A stretch of 64,000 nt of DNA from Chthoniobacteraceae bacterium (GTDB lineage: Bacteria; Verrucomicrobiota; Verrucomicrobiia; Chthoniobacterales; Chthoniobacteraceae). This document shows positions 11,099 through 21,566 of this stretch, piece after piece. The translations under genes were made by a program, and so were the position numbers. The DNA is taken from assembly GCA_031409335.1 (NCBI GenBank), contig JANNWY010000095.1, positions 26,994 to 90,993 of the forward strand. The letters are read 5' to 3'. The number at the start of each line of letters is the position of its first letter. Position 1 is the first letter of the stretch. The notes beneath the pieces are model-generated. The model was given only the letters and a program-made list of their open reading frames with translations. It did not search any database and was not told the DNA's origin.

Positions 11099-13177
11099 TT
11101 AGATCGCGGCATGGCTCGGTGAAGCGTGCGAGACTCTGGCGGCAATCAGCGTCTCAATCAACAGAACAGCGAGCGCGGCAACTATTAGCCATCGCCACAT
11201 TTTTTGCCGGCTTTCCAGCTCCGCGGCCTGCGCGCGCGCGGCCTCCTCGGGCGAATGCGGCACCAATGGTTTCAGCATCGAAGCCAGTGGCACGCCGAGG
11301 CTGCCGAGCCGGTCCGCGCCGATTGGCGTGAGTTTGCTTTCATCGGGCGCGAGATTCACCGCGAACCGCAGCGTCCCCGGTGTCACCCCATAAATCCCCG
11401 GCTGATCCGTGTCGGCGAACGAACTTCCCGCCGCGGTCTCGATCTCCACGCCGTCTGGTTTGCGCACTTTGAAAGGCTGCGCGCCCGGCGGCAGCGGCAC
11501 CTCTTCGCCGACAAAATACTGCGCCTTCCGCGGCGGCAATTTGCTGCTCTGCTCCAGCATCGCATACAGCAGCGGCACGAATTTCGACGACAGCGCGAGC
11601 TGGCTGTCCGCCGGCCGCCAGGTGCTCGCGAGAATGATGACGCGGCCCTTTCCGAGCGGCACCTCGACGATCGCGGGATTCTTGTCGTCGAACGACGCGA
11701 GGACGCGCGCGCCAGTCAGCGCTGTGGTTTCGATGCGGCGATGTTTCCAAAAATGGATCTTCGTAAAATCGCTGAACCGCGGATCGGCAAACGCGCTGAA
11801 CAGCGGATGCTGAAAGTCGATCTGCGCGAGCATCCCGTAGTCCTTCACGTTGGCTTCGGTCGCGGTGAAAGCCGGCGCTTCTAGCAGCCGCGCGAGCGTC
11901 CCGGCGCTGGCCGCGTTCGCGAGCGGGGCGAACACCGTTTTACCATCGCTGACAAACTGCCGAATGCCCGGCAGCGCCGCGTCACCGGTCATTTCGCCGA
12001 GCACGATCATCTGCGCTTCCTGAAGCTGGAACGCCGGCACCGGCGCATCGCCGCGAGTCGCGCGCACATCGACGCGCAGCGACGGCGTTTTCTGAAATGC
12101 GCGCCCGAGAAAATAGAACGCGCCGGTGGAATCCTCGTTCGCGTCATTGCCGACGTAGAGCAGCGGAGCCTGCACGGGTTGCGGTTTCAGGATGAAAAGC
12201 GCGTTGTCGAAACTCACCTCATCGCCCAACAGCGCGAGCCGCTCCGCGCCCGGCTCCGGCAGCGGAGGCCGCGCCACGCGCACCTGCCCCGCTGGCACAT
12301 AGACGTCGAGCTTTTCGGCAGGCGCGCCATTTTTCGCCGACCACTCCAGCGCGAACTGCTCACCGTGCGCTTCCGCGCTGTTCATCACGCGAATGCGCGG
12401 CCCGGATTTCTCGTTGGCAGTTTCCACCTCCTCGCTGTCGGCGATCCATTGCGCCGCCGCATTTGCCAGCTTCTTCGCGACGACCGGCTCGACGCGCACC
12501 GTGATCCCGCGCTGCCATTCATAGCCCTGCAAACCATCGAAGCGGCTCCCTTCCTGCATGTCGCTGACGATCACGATCTCCAGCGCCGGGCTCTGCCCCT
12601 CGCTCGGCGAATTCAGCATCTCCGCCGCTTGCAGCAGCGCCGTCCCGAGCCCCGTGCCGCTCCATCCGGGCACCACCGTTTGCATTTTCTGCATCGCTTG
12701 GGCGACCCGCGCATCCGGCGTCGCCTTGCGCCATTGCTCGAAATTCAGAAGCGTCCGCGGCGCGCGATCGAAGGCAAGCAGGGCGATTTCATCCTCCGCC
12801 TTCGCCGCCCGCACGATCGCCTCCGCCTTCGCGCGCGCCTGCGCCGCCAGGTCCTCGCGCTGCATGCTCGCGCTCGTATCCACGAGAATCACCGTGCGTT
12901 TCCCCGCGCTTGCGCCGGGCAGCGCCAGCGCATTTTCCTTTTGTAAAAAGGGCCGTGAAAATCCCAGCGCCAGCAGCGCGATGACGAGACAGCGCAGCAG
13001 CAGCAGCCAGAGATTTTCCAGGCGACTGCGGCGCGTGACGCGCGGCGGCGTCGCTTTCAAAAACATCAGCGAACTGAACGGCGTGACCTCGCGCGTCGTC
13101 CGCCGGATCAGGTGAAAAATGACCGGCCCCGCGATGGCCAGCGCGCCGAGGAGGAAGAGCGGAGCGAGGAAGTTCAT
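11099..13177 (-). CDS. BatA N-terminal domain plus VWA domain membrane protein
   Basis: MNFLAPLFLLGALAIAGPVIFHLIRR..FSSLMFL..LLLLRCL..RP is the BatA signature. MIDAS DTSAS and a C-terminal TM. ATGA overlap with DUF58. Confidence 0.87.
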   Translation of the reverse strand: MNFLAPLFLLGALAIAGPVIFHLIRRTTREVTPFSSLMFLKATPPRVTRRSRLENLWLLLLRCLVIALLALGFSRPFLQKENALALPGASAGKRTVILVDTSASMQREDLAAQARAKAEAIVRAAKAEDEIALLAFDRAPRTLLNFEQWRKATPDARVAQAMQKMQTVVPGWSGTGLGTALLQAAEMLNSPSEGQSPALEIVIVSDMQEGSRFDGLQGYEWQRGITVRVEPVVAKKLANAAAQWIADSEEVETANEKSGPRIRVMNSAEAHGEQFALEWSAKNGAPAEKLDVYVPAGQVRVARPPLPEPGAERLALLGDEVSFDNALFILKPQPVQAPLLYVGNDANEDSTGAFYFLGRAFQKTPSLRVDVRATRGDAPVPAFQLQEAQMIVLGEMTGDAALPGIRQFVSDGKTVFAPLANAASAGTLARLLEAPAFTATEANVKDYGMLAQIDFQHPLFSAFADPRFSDFTKIHFWKHRRIETTALTGARVLASFDDKNPAIVEVPLGKGRVIILASTWRPADSQLALSSKFVPLLYAMLEQSSKLPPRKAQYFVGEEVPLPPGAQPFKVRKPDGVEIETAAGSSFADTDQPGIYGVTPGTLRFAVNLAPDESKLTPIGADRLGSLGVPLASMLKPLVPHSPEEAARAQAAELESRQKMWRWLIVAALAVLLIETLIAARVSHASPSHAAI

Positions 13178-14085
13178 GCGGCCGCCTTTCTTCGCACGAT
13201 TTTCCCGCGCGCGCGCCGGGCGTTCAGGAAATCGAACAGCGCGAGTTCGAGCGGCTGATCGGTGATGAGCCGGTGATGCGTGATGCCGAGCCGCTCGCAA
13301 ATCGCGTGGACCGCCGCGAGATGCGCGTCGCGCTGCCGCGTGTATTCCGCCCGCGCGACGGCGGGTTCGAGGAAAAGATCACGGCCTGTTTCCAGATCGA
13401 GAAAGCGCGCGGGCGCGGCGAAATCGAACGTGATCTCCGCCGGATCAGCGAGATGAAAAAGCAGCACCTCGTGCCCGCTGGCCGTGAGCATCGCGAGACT
13501 CGTTTCGAGCGTTTCCACCGGCGCGAGCAGATCGGAAATCAGCACCACAAGCCCGCGCTTGCGCACGAGTTCCGCGATTCGTTTCAACGGTGCCGCGAGA
13601 TCGGTCGCCGCGCCACCTGGCGCCTTTTCCAGCGCGAGCATGAGCTGCCGCAAATGCCCCGGACGATTCCGCGCCGGCAGATATTCGCGCACCGCTTCAT
13701 CGAAAGTCAGCAGCCCGACCGCATCGCCCTGCTGCGAGAGAAAATAGGCGAGCGTCGCCGCGAAAGTATTCGCGTAAGCGGCCTTCGTGAAACCGCGCGA
13801 ACCGAACGTCATCGACTTGCTGTTATCGACCAGCAGATGGCAGCGCAGATTCGTCTCGTCCTCGAATTTTTTGATGTAATACCGATCCGTCCGCCCCACG
13901 AGTTTCCAGTCCAGATACCGCGGATCATCCCCCGGCGCATAAGGCCGGTATTCCGTGAATTCCACGCTGAACCCATGATAAGGCGACCGATGCAACCCAT
14001 GCCAAAACCCTTCGACCACCGAGCGCGCCCGCAATTCCAAATTGCGGATGGCCATGAGTGCGGCGGGATCGAGGTAATTGCTCAT
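13174..14085 (-). CDS. DUF58 family protein (MoxR-associated)
   Basis: GLHRSPYHGFSVEFTEYRPYAPGDDPRYLDWK..YYIKKFEDETN..LLVDNSKSM. Confidence 0.93.
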   Translation of the reverse strand: MSNYLDPAALMAIRNLELRARSVVEGFWHGLHRSPYHGFSVEFTEYRPYAPGDDPRYLDWKLVGRTDRYYIKKFEDETNLRCHLLVDNSKSMTFGSRGFTKAAYANTFAATLAYFLSQQGDAVGLLTFDEAVREYLPARNRPGHLRQLMLALEKAPGGAATDLAAPLKRIAELVRKRGLVVLISDLLAPVETLETSLAMLTASGHEVLLFHLADPAEITFDFAAPARFLDLETGRDLFLEPAVARAEYTRQRDAHLAAVHAICERLGITHHRLITDQPLELALFDFLNARRARGKIVRRKAAA

Positions 14086-14387
14086 TTCCGGTTTAACCAC
14101 GCGGGCTCAGGATGCACGTTCCGCCCGTTCACCCATCGTCGGGAAATGAACTCGACTTCGACCGGCCCCATTGCTTCGTGAATGAGGTCGTTCGTTACCG
14201 TCGAGTCCTTTGAAAACAAACGCGCAAGTCGCTTGTCGCGGGCGTTCAAGTGCCCGCCATAATGCGCCTTCAACCAGATGCGTGCAGCCACACGGGCCTT
14301 ATGCCGGCTTGGATCAAGTTTCTCGCACTTCGCCATGGTGGTTTCAATAGCAACACCTTCACCGTTCGCGAGCGCGGAGTGTGTCAT
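14082..14387 (-). CDS. Small hypothetical protein inserted between moxR and DUF58
   Basis: 101-aa ORF filling the gap exactly. It starts 10 nt after the moxR stop and its stop overlaps the DUF58 ATG. No family recognised. Confidence 0.5.
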   Translation of the reverse strand: MTHSALANGEGVAIETTMAKCEKLDPSRHKARVAARIWLKAHYGGHLNARDKRLARLFSKDSTVTNDLIHEAMGPVEVEFISRRWVNGRNVHPEPAWLNRK

Positions 14388-14397
14388 GCGATTGAGC

Positions 14398-15402
14398 TTA
14401 CTTCACAGTCTCCAGCACCCGCTCGATCACCTTCCCCACATTCACCCCCTCCGCCTCCGCGCGGTAATTCACCAGCACGCGATGGCGCAGCACCGGTGCG
14501 GCCAGCGCGACGATGTCCTCCTTCGTCACATGCGCCCGGCCTTGCAAAAGCGCGCGCGCCTTTGCCCCGAGCACGAGGAATTGCGCCGCGCGCGTCCCCG
14601 CTCCCCAGCTTACCCAGCCGTTCACAAATTCCGGCGTCCCGGTTTGCCGCGGGCGCGTGCTCGCGGCGATGCGGACGGCGAAGCGCACGAGGTCTTCTGC
14701 TACGGGCACTTTCTTGACGAGTTCGTGGAAACGCAGCACGTCTTCGCCGGTAAAAAGCGCCTCGATCTTCTCGCCGCCGACGGTGGTGGTGCGCTGCACG
14801 ACGGCGACCTCGTCGGCCTCCGGCAGATAGTCGATCACCACATTGAACATAAACCGGTCGAGCTGCGCCTCCGGCAGCGGATACGTCCCTTCCATCTCGA
14901 TCGGATTCTGCGTCGCCAGCACGAAGAACGGCTCCGGCAGCGCATACCGCCGCCCGCTCGCCGTTACCTGATGTTCCTGCATCGCTTCCAGCAGCGCGGC
15001 CTGCGTCTTCGGCGGCGTGCGATTGATTTCATCGGCGAGCAGCATGTTTCCAAAAACCGGCCCCGGCACAAAAACCAGCGCGCGACCCTCTGCGCCTTTG
15101 TCCTGCAAGATCTCGACGCCGGTGATGTCCGTCGGCATGAGGTCCGGCGTGAATTGAATGCGGCGGAATTCCAGATGGAAAATTTGCGCGATTGATTTCA
15201 CGAGCAGCGTCTTCGCCAGACCCGGCGCGCCGGTGATGAGGCAATGCCCGCCCGCAAACAGCGCGATGAGGATTTGCTCGATCACATCGTGCTGGCCGAC
15301 GATGACCTTGCCGAGTTCACGCGCGATGCGCGGCTTGACGAGATGGAGTTCGGCGAAGGTCTTTGCGTCGGCGTCGGGAAGGGCGGGTGGCTGTGGAGTC
15401 AT
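14398..15402 (-). CDS. moxR: MoxR family AAA+ ATPase
   Basis: Walker A GAPGLAKT, RIQFTPDLMPTDITG, Walker B LLADEINRTPPKTQAALLEAMQE, ATQNPIEMEGTYPLPEAQLDRF. Confidence 0.95.
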   Translation of the reverse strand: MTPQPPALPDADAKTFAELHLVKPRIARELGKVIVGQHDVIEQILIALFAGGHCLITGAPGLAKTLLVKSIAQIFHLEFRRIQFTPDLMPTDITGVEILQDKGAEGRALVFVPGPVFGNMLLADEINRTPPKTQAALLEAMQEHQVTASGRRYALPEPFFVLATQNPIEMEGTYPLPEAQLDRFMFNVVIDYLPEADEVAVVQRTTTVGGEKIEALFTGEDVLRFHELVKKVPVAEDLVRFAVRIAASTRPRQTGTPEFVNGWVSWGAGTRAAQFLVLGAKARALLQGRAHVTKEDIVALAAPVLRHRVLVNYRAEAEGVNVGKVIERVLETVK

Positions 15403-15492
15403 GTGCGAAGTGGGCAGAAGGAATGCGAAATCCCGCGGGAAAGCGAGCACGACTGCAATCCGGCGAATGTCGAGGCCCCGCGTTTTTTCCCC

Positions 15493-16158
15493 TTACGCGC
15501 AGGCATTCCGGCAGCAGCCATCCTCCCGCACGCCGATGCAGGCTGGGATGGCGAGCAATGCTCCGACCAGCGGGGCGACGAGATAGAGCCAGAGGGTGTG
15601 GATGTTTCCGCTGACGACCGCGGGGGCGAGGGAGCGGGCGGGATTCATGGAGGCGCCGCAGATGGGTCCGGCGAACATGGCTTCGATGGCGATGACGGCG
15701 CCGATGGCGATGCCGGCGGTGATGCCTTTTTCCTTTGCGCCGGTGGAGACGCTGAGGACGACGAGCATGAGGAGGAAGGTGAGGACTATTTCCAGGATGA
15801 ATGACTGGTGCCATGCGCCGGCGGGGAGTGTGGCGCCGAGGGTGGCATGGGTGGGGAATAGGAAACGGAGCAGACCGCTGGCGGCGAAGGCACCGGCGAT
15901 TTGCGCGGCGATGTAGGGAAGGACGCGGCTGGCATCGAAGCGACCGGCGGCGCAGAAGGCGATGGTGACGGCGGGATTTAAGTGCGCGCCGGAGACGTCG
16001 CCGAGGGTATAGATCATGGCGAGGACGATGAGCCCGAAGGTGATGGCGATGCCTGCATGGCCGATGGCGCCGCCGCTGATGTCGTTGACGACGATGGCTC
16101 CAGTGCCGGCAAAGACGAGGGCGGCGGTGCCGAGGAATTCCGCGAAGAGGGGTTTCAT
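15493..16158 (-). CDS. MIP-family aquaporin/aquaglyceroporin, probable arsenite channel
   Basis: Two NPA boxes (SGAHLNPAVT, SMNPARS) and AEFLGT. It sits directly downstream of arsC and has a Cys-rich tail GCCRNACA. Confidence 0.92.
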   Translation of the reverse strand: MKPLFAEFLGTAALVFAGTGAIVVNDISGGAIGHAGIAITFGLIVLAMIYTLGDVSGAHLNPAVTIAFCAAGRFDASRVLPYIAAQIAGAFAASGLLRFLFPTHATLGATLPAGAWHQSFILEIVLTFLLMLVVLSVSTGAKEKGITAGIAIGAVIAIEAMFAGPICGASMNPARSLAPAVVSGNIHTLWLYLVAPLVGALLAIPACIGVREDGCCRNACA

Positions 16159-16164
16159 CGGGAT

Positions 16165-16611
16165 TTAATGGCTGGGCTGGCAGGCACCGATTTTTTCGAT
16201 GCACCAAGTGGAGATGGTGGCGGCGATGGCCTCGCGGACGGTGCGGGTGGCGGCGAGCTTTTCCGTGTGGGTACCGGGGAAGGCGGATGGGTCAGGGAAG
16301 CCCCAGTGGAGACGCTGGGTGCCGCCGGGGAAGATCGGGCAGCGTTCGGCGCTGGTTTCGTCGCAGACGGTGATGACGTAGTCGAAGTGCTGTCCGCTTG
16401 CGATCATTTGGGCGACGGATTTGGTCGCGTTGCCGGAGATGTCGATGCCTTCCTCGGCCATGGCTTCGATGACGATGGGATTGAGCTTGCCGGGCTCGAT
16501 GCCTGCGCTCTGGGCGTGGAATTCGGAGCCGCAGAGGCGGTTGAGGAATGCTTCGGCCATTTGGGAGCGGGCGCTGTTGTGGATGCAGACGAAGAGGACT
16601 TCGGTTTTCAT
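16165..16611 (-). CDS. arsC: Arsenate reductase, LMW-PTP fold (thioredoxin-coupled type)
   Basis: P-loop [17 protein letters not shown], resolving cysteines in [14 protein letters not shown], and HWGFPDP. Confidence 0.9.
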   Translation of the reverse strand: MKTEVLFVCIHNSARSQMAEAFLNRLCGSEFHAQSAGIEPGKLNPIVIEAMAEEGIDISGNATKSVAQMIASGQHFDYVITVCDETSAERCPIFPGGTQRLHWGFPDPSAFPGTHTEKLAATRTVREAIAATISTWCIEKIGACQPSH

Positions 16612-16754
16612 GGATGGGCGAGAGGGTGCGCTTTGGCGCGGGCGCGGGCAAGTGCGGGGCGGGAGTGTTGCGCAATCTTTACAGACGTGCCGTGAGAAAA
16701 TCCGGCGCGCGGATTCACAGTGGCGCGAAGATGTGATTCATTGGCGGCTCTTTT

Positions 16755-18224
16755 ATGAAAATCCATCAGCGCAATCTTCCACGGGTCGTCATCATCGGTG
16801 GAGGTTTCGGGGGGCTGGAGGCGGCGAAGGCGATGCGCAAGATGCCGGTGCGGGTGACGCTGCTCGACCGGCAGAATCATCACCTTTTCCAGCCGCTGCT
16901 TTACCAGGTGGCGACGGCGGCGCTGTCGCCGGCGGATATCGCGGAGCCGCTGCGGCACATTGTGCGGAAGCAGGAAAATTGCGAAGTGATCCTCGCGGAT
17001 GTGGCGCGGATCGATGTGGCGGGGCAGGCGGTGGTGACGAATGATGGGCCGGTCGCTTTTGACTATCTGGTGATCGCGGCGGGGGCGCGGCATTCGTATT
17101 TCGGGCGGGCGGAATGGGAAAAATTCGCGCCGGGTTTGAAGAGTCTGGACGATGCGCTTGAGATTCGGCGGCGGATGCTACTGGCTTTCGAGATCGCGGA
17201 GAAGACGACGGATGACGCGGAGCGGGAGGCGGCGATGACATTCGTGGTGATCGGGGCGGGGCCGACGGGAGTGGAAATGGCGGGGGCGATTTCGGAGATT
17301 GCGCGGGTGACGCTGGTGCGGGATTTTCGCCACATCGACTCGAAGCAGGCAAAGGTGATCCTGCTCGACGGGGCGGCGCGGGTGCTGCAGGCGTACGTGG
17401 CGGAGCTGTCGGAGAGTGCGCAGCGGCAGTTGTGCGATCTCGGGGTGAATGTGCGACTGAATGCGCAGGTGGAGGATTTAACCGGCGCGGGAGTGACGCT
17501 GAAGGACGGGACCGTGATCGCGACGAAGACGGTGATCTGGGCAGCGGGCAATGCGGCGTCGCCACTCGGCGCGAGTCTCGGTGTGCCGCTGGACAAGCAG
17601 GGGCGCGTGATCGTGAACGCGGATCTGACGATCCCGGGACACGCGAATATTTTTGTGATCGGAGATATGGCGCACTTCGCGCCGGGCGGGGGCGCGCCGC
17701 TGCCGGGGCTGTCGCCGGTGGCGATGCAGCAGGGGAGGCATGTGGCGAAAAATATCCGCACGCATCTGGCGGGTGGCTGGCTGGCGGCGTTCGACTATTG
17801 GGACAAGGGGACGATGGCGACGATCGGGCGGCATCGGGCGGTGTGCGATGCGGGGTTTATGCGGTTCGGGGGATTTTTGGCGTGGTGCGCCTGGCTTTTC
17901 ATCCACCTGATTTTCCTGGTGAGTTTCCGCAACAAGGTGACGGTCCTGATGAGCTGGGCTTACGCGTATCTTACGTACGGTCGCGGGGCGCGGCTGATCA
18001 CGGGCCGCGAATCGGAGGAGCCGCCAGCGATTGTTCCCGTCCAGATGTCGGTGGTTGAAACGCCGGTGATCGCGGCACCGATCGAGGTGCCCGTGATCAA
18101 GGCTACCGTCAAACAACGTGCGGCATCACCACCCGCGATGAAGCAACCTGCGAAGAAGTCGATCGCGCCGAAAAAGCCCGCTGCGAAGAAATTGACTCCG
18201 AAGAAGATTGCCCGGAGGAAATAG
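16755..18224 (+). CDS. ndh: Type II NADH dehydrogenase (NAD(P)/FAD oxidoreductase) with a basic C-terminal tail
   Basis: [53 protein letters not shown]. Confidence 0.92.
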   Translation: MKIHQRNLPRVVIIGGGFGGLEAAKAMRKMPVRVTLLDRQNHHLFQPLLYQVATAALSPADIAEPLRHIVRKQENCEVILADVARIDVAGQAVVTNDGPVAFDYLVIAAGARHSYFGRAEWEKFAPGLKSLDDALEIRRRMLLAFEIAEKTTDDAEREAAMTFVVIGAGPTGVEMAGAISEIARVTLVRDFRHIDSKQAKVILLDGAARVLQAYVAELSESAQRQLCDLGVNVRLNAQVEDLTGAGVTLKDGTVIATKTVIWAAGNAASPLGASLGVPLDKQGRVIVNADLTIPGHANIFVIGDMAHFAPGGGAPLPGLSPVAMQQGRHVAKNIRTHLAGGWLAAFDYWDKGTMATIGRHRAVCDAGFMRFGGFLAWCAWLFIHLIFLVSFRNKVTVLMSWAYAYLTYGRGARLITGRESEEPPAIVPVQMSVVETPVIAAPIEVPVIKATVKQRAASPPAMKQPAKKSIAPKKPAAKKLTPKKIARRK

Positions 18225-18235
18225 CCAGGCGGCGT

Positions 18236-19747
18236 TCAGCGGCGTCCGCCGAAGAGTGAGCCGAGGACGCCGCGGATGATTTGCCGCCCGAGTCCGCTGC
18301 CGATGGAACGGACGGCGCTCCCGGCCATTTTTTCGACGAGGCCGGGGTGTTTCCCACCGCGGGGACCGGTCGAGCCGAGCACCATTTCGGAGATCATGCC
18401 AGCGACGCCGGAGGAGGATTTTCCGCCGGCTGGGGAATTCGGTGCGGCGACGCCGCCGGTGGGCACCCCTTGCTGCGCGCGGGCGGCGAGGATTTCGGAC
18501 GCGCTTTCGCGATCAATCATCTTTTCGTACGTGCCGTAAATTAGCGAGGTCTGGATGGTCTGCTGGCGCTCGGCGGGAGTGATGGGCGCGAGCTGGCTGT
18601 GCGGCGGGAGGATGAAGGCGCGCTCGACGATGTTGGGCGTGCCATTTTCATCGAGCAGGGAGACGAGGGCCTCGCCGACGGCGAGCTGGGTGATGACTGC
18701 GGAGACGTCGAGCTTGGGATTTTGGCGGAATGTTTCGGCGGCCGATTTGACGGCTTTTTGATCGCGCGGGGTGAAGGCGCGGAGGGCGTGCTGCACGCGG
18801 TTGCCGAGCTGGCCGAGGATTTTGTCGGGGATGTCGAGCGGGTTTTGGCTGATGAAATAAATGCCGACGCCTTTGCTGCGGATGAGGCGGACGACTTGTT
18901 CGACTTTCTCCTGCAAGGCTTGCGGGATGTCGTCGAAGAGGAGGTGCGCTTCGTCGAAGAAGAAAACGAGTTTGGGTTTCTCGACATCGCCGACTTCGGG
19001 GAGGCGCTCGAAGAGTTCGCTGAGTAGCCAGAGGAGCAGCGCGGCGTAGGCGCGGGGATTCGCCATGAGCTGGTCGGCGGCGAGGATATTGATCATGCCG
19101 CGCCCGGCAGCGTCGGTCTGGATGAAGTCGTCGAGATTCATCGCCGGCTCGCCGAAGAACTTGTCGCCGCCTTGCTGTTCGAGAGTGAGGAGATTGCGCT
19201 GGATGGCGCCGACGCTGGCGGAGGAGACGTTGCCGTACTGGGTGGTGAATTGCGCGGAGTTGTCGCCGACGAACTGCAAGATCGCGCGCAGATCTTTGAG
19301 ATCGAGGAGGAGGAGACCGTTGTCGTCGGCGATTTTGAAGACGAGGTGCAGCACGCCTTCCTGAGTGTCGTTGAGATTCAACAAACGAGCGAGCAGCAGC
19401 GGGCCCATTTCGCTGATGGTGGCGCGAACGGGATGTCCGGTTGCGCCAAAGACATCCCAGAATGTGACCGGGAAACCTTCATATTTGAAATCAGAGATTC
19501 CCAAAGCCTTCACCCGTTCCTCCACTTTCGGATGCCCTCCGCCCGGTTTGCCGATGCCGCTGAGGTCGCCCTTTACATCCGACATGAAAACGGGAACGCC
19601 GAGCGCGCTAAACCGCTCCGCGAGCACGCGCAAAGTGATGGTTTTCCCGGTGCCTGTCGCACCCGCGATGAGGCCGTGGCGGTTGGCCATTTTGGGGATG
19701 AATGAAACGATGTCGGTAGCTTGGGCGAGTGAAAATGGGGCAGCCAT
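18236..19747 (-). CDS. yjgR: DUF853/YjgR-family HerA-like ATPase
   Basis: [61 protein letters not shown]. Confidence 0.9.
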   Translation of the reverse strand: MAAPFSLAQATDIVSFIPKMANRHGLIAGATGTGKTITLRVLAERFSALGVPVFMSDVKGDLSGIGKPGGGHPKVEERVKALGISDFKYEGFPVTFWDVFGATGHPVRATISEMGPLLLARLLNLNDTQEGVLHLVFKIADDNGLLLLDLKDLRAILQFVGDNSAQFTTQYGNVSSASVGAIQRNLLTLEQQGGDKFFGEPAMNLDDFIQTDAAGRGMINILAADQLMANPRAYAALLLWLLSELFERLPEVGDVEKPKLVFFFDEAHLLFDDIPQALQEKVEQVVRLIRSKGVGIYFISQNPLDIPDKILGQLGNRVQHALRAFTPRDQKAVKSAAETFRQNPKLDVSAVITQLAVGEALVSLLDENGTPNIVERAFILPPHSQLAPITPAERQQTIQTSLIYGTYEKMIDRESASEILAARAQQGVPTGGVAAPNSPAGGKSSSGVAGMISEMVLGSTGPRGGKHPGLVEKMAGSAVRSIGSGLGRQIIRGVLGSLFGGRR

Positions 19748-19840
19748 ATTTACTGCTAGAATGACGGGAAGCGTGAAAACGCGCCAGCAGTTTATGCCAA
19801 TTTCAGCGGATGCCGAATCCGAAGCGATGTCGCGCAAAAG

Positions 19841-19876
19841 CAAACAAGCGCGGGATCGAAACCCCGCGCTTGTTTG
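19841..19876 (-). terminator. Probable intrinsic terminator for the 19897-21252 gene
   Basis: 14-bp perfect stem CAAACAAGCGCGGG / CCCGCGCTTGTTTG, 20 nt after the stop, with T-rich sequence following on the minus strand. Confidence 0.7.
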
Positions 19877-19896
19877 AACCAACCATGAAAGAGGAT

Positions 19897-21252
19897 TTAC
19901 GGGCTGACCGGAGCCGGAGCCAGCTTGCGGCGGGTGAGGTTTGGCGGGAAGCCAAGGCCACCGGGAAGGTAAGGCGAGCGCTGGCTCAGGAATTCCCCGA
20001 CGGGCGGGATGCTCTTGCCATCTTTGTAGTCTTTGAAGTCACCCGAGCCTTTGCTCGAATCGGCGGTATCGCGGCTGCCGCCATTGTCCGAGTTTTGCAG
20101 TTCCGCGACCGCTTCGGGTGTGAGCGAAAGTTCGTAGTCGTTCAGGGAGACTTCGTTGAAAGCGTTGACTTCGCGCAAGTCGAGATTTTGTCCCGCGGAG
20201 TCCGGCGTCCAGCGCACGAGCACTGCGCTGCCAGCGACGCTGGCGAAGGCGACCGCGTCGCGCGATTTGCTGCCATCGAGGACCAGCGTGGCCGTCGGCG
20301 CGAGGCCAGTGAGCGAAGCGGATGTCGTAGCCAGTGAGCCAACGGCGTTGGCAACTTTCGCGATGTCAGAATCGGTGGTCGTGCCCGTGCTGGTCGTTTG
20401 CACGGGTGCGGACGGGACGACGAAGAATTCGATTTTACCCTTTGCTGGAGCACCACCCGTCTGGACGGCAAATCGTGACACTTGATGGCCAGTTGCCAGT
20501 TTAAGCACCATCCCCGCAGTATCGGTCGTTGGCGCGAGGGTTACGCCGCTCTCGGGATTCTCGTCGATGGCGCGCTGCCACGAGAGGTAGCTGCCCTGCG
20601 AAGCCGCGTAGGAAACCGTGCTGTGCGCATACAAGGAGGTGATGTTGAACGTCGTTGCGTTGTTCACATAGGGGCCAAAGATGGCGCGCGGATCGATCGT
20701 CGTCTCGCGCTTGCGCAATTGATAATTCACCGACGGGCGATCCCCGTAAACATACAGGCTGAAAAGCGGTCCTGGATCGGCGATGTCGGTTTCAATCAGC
20801 AGGTATTTTGCGAACCGGCTAAAGGGTTGCCCCATTTTCTTTTCGTTGATCGCTTCCACGGGGATTCCCTTGGCGACGGCGGTCCATGATTTGGCACCCG
20901 GCGCGGCAGGTTCATCGCCCACATAAACGGTCACCGTCCCGGCGGCAGGCCGGGTGGAAAGGGCGATGTTCGTGACGAGGCTCGGTTCCGACAGAGTGAG
21001 GAGATAGTGCTGCTGTCCGGCCATCACCGGCCAGCCGGTCGTGACGTCATCGTCCAGCCATGCCGCCGCAGCCTCGGTCGGTTGGAATTTCTGCCTGGCG
21101 GGGTTGAAAAGGAACAAGTTCGATCCGACGTGCTGCCGTGCGAGATTTTTCGGGAACACTTGCAGTTGCTTGTTCGATGAATCCGCTTCTCCAATGGCGA
21201 AGGCTGTGGCTGAAGAGAGCAGGATGATCGACGTGAGAGGCTTGATGTTCAT
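19897..21252 (-). CDS. Secreted hypothetical protein with two discoidin/galactose-binding-like modules
   Basis: Signal peptide. Two related segments: [27 protein letters not shown] and [27 protein letters not shown]. Confidence 0.7.
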   Translation of the reverse strand: MNIKPLTSIILLSSATAFAIGEADSSNKQLQVFPKNLARQHVGSNLFLFNPARQKFQPTEAAAAWLDDDVTTGWPVMAGQQHYLLTLSEPSLVTNIALSTRPAAGTVTVYVGDEPAAPGAKSWTAVAKGIPVEAINEKKMGQPFSRFAKYLLIETDIADPGPLFSLYVYGDRPSVNYQLRKRETTIDPRAIFGPYVNNATTFNITSLYAHSTVSYAASQGSYLSWQRAIDENPESGVTLAPTTDTAGMVLKLATGHQVSRFAVQTGGAPAKGKIEFFVVPSAPVQTTSTGTTTDSDIAKVANAVGSLATTSASLTGLAPTATLVLDGSKSRDAVAFASVAGSAVLVRWTPDSAGQNLDLREVNAFNEVSLNDYELSLTPEAVAELQNSDNGGSRDTADSSKGSGDFKDYKDGKSIPPVGEFLSQRSPYLPGGLGFPPNLTRRKLAPAPVSP

Positions 21253-21476
21253 ACTTGAGATATGTCTTATATCGAATTCTTTGGTTTAACGGAATAGAAA
21301 TCTTGCGTGGTCCAGCGTTATTATGGAAATTGCGAATAATGTAGATTGTTCGGTTTATTGCGCAACAATTATTTTCATCCTTTTTCACTCACCCCAATCC
21401 CTGTCCTGATTGTTGTTTCCCCAATGCACTATTTTGAGTTGGCATTGTCCCTGTAACTTGAATATGTCTCTACGGA

Positions 21477-21493
21477 GTGGCGCATCCTTTGCT
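21477..21493 (+). promoter_or_regulatory. Putative sigma54 (-24/-12) promoter
   Basis: GTGGCGCATCCTTTGCT has GG at 21479-80 and GC at 21491-92, the canonical spacing of TGGCAC-N5-TTGC. It lies about 75 nt upstream of ATG 21567 in an AT-rich intergenic region. Confidence 0.55.
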
Positions 21494-21566
21494 ATCGCAT
21501 TCATGTTGTAGTCCAGCGATGCCCTTCTGAAAACAACCATTCGCATCGAAGAGACCAAGAAAGCTC

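Noticed and set aside
8879..11122. Long antisense ORFs (e.g. 8879-11122, 4468-6237, 53890-56220, 39626-41542, 43602-45479)
   Set aside because: They are shadows of well-supported genes on the opposite strand, expected in high-GC DNA, and have no recognisable motifs.
20020..20040. DYKD (FLAG-like) peptide suggesting an engineered tag
   Set aside because: Only DFKDYKDGK is present, not DYKDDDDK, and there is no vector context.
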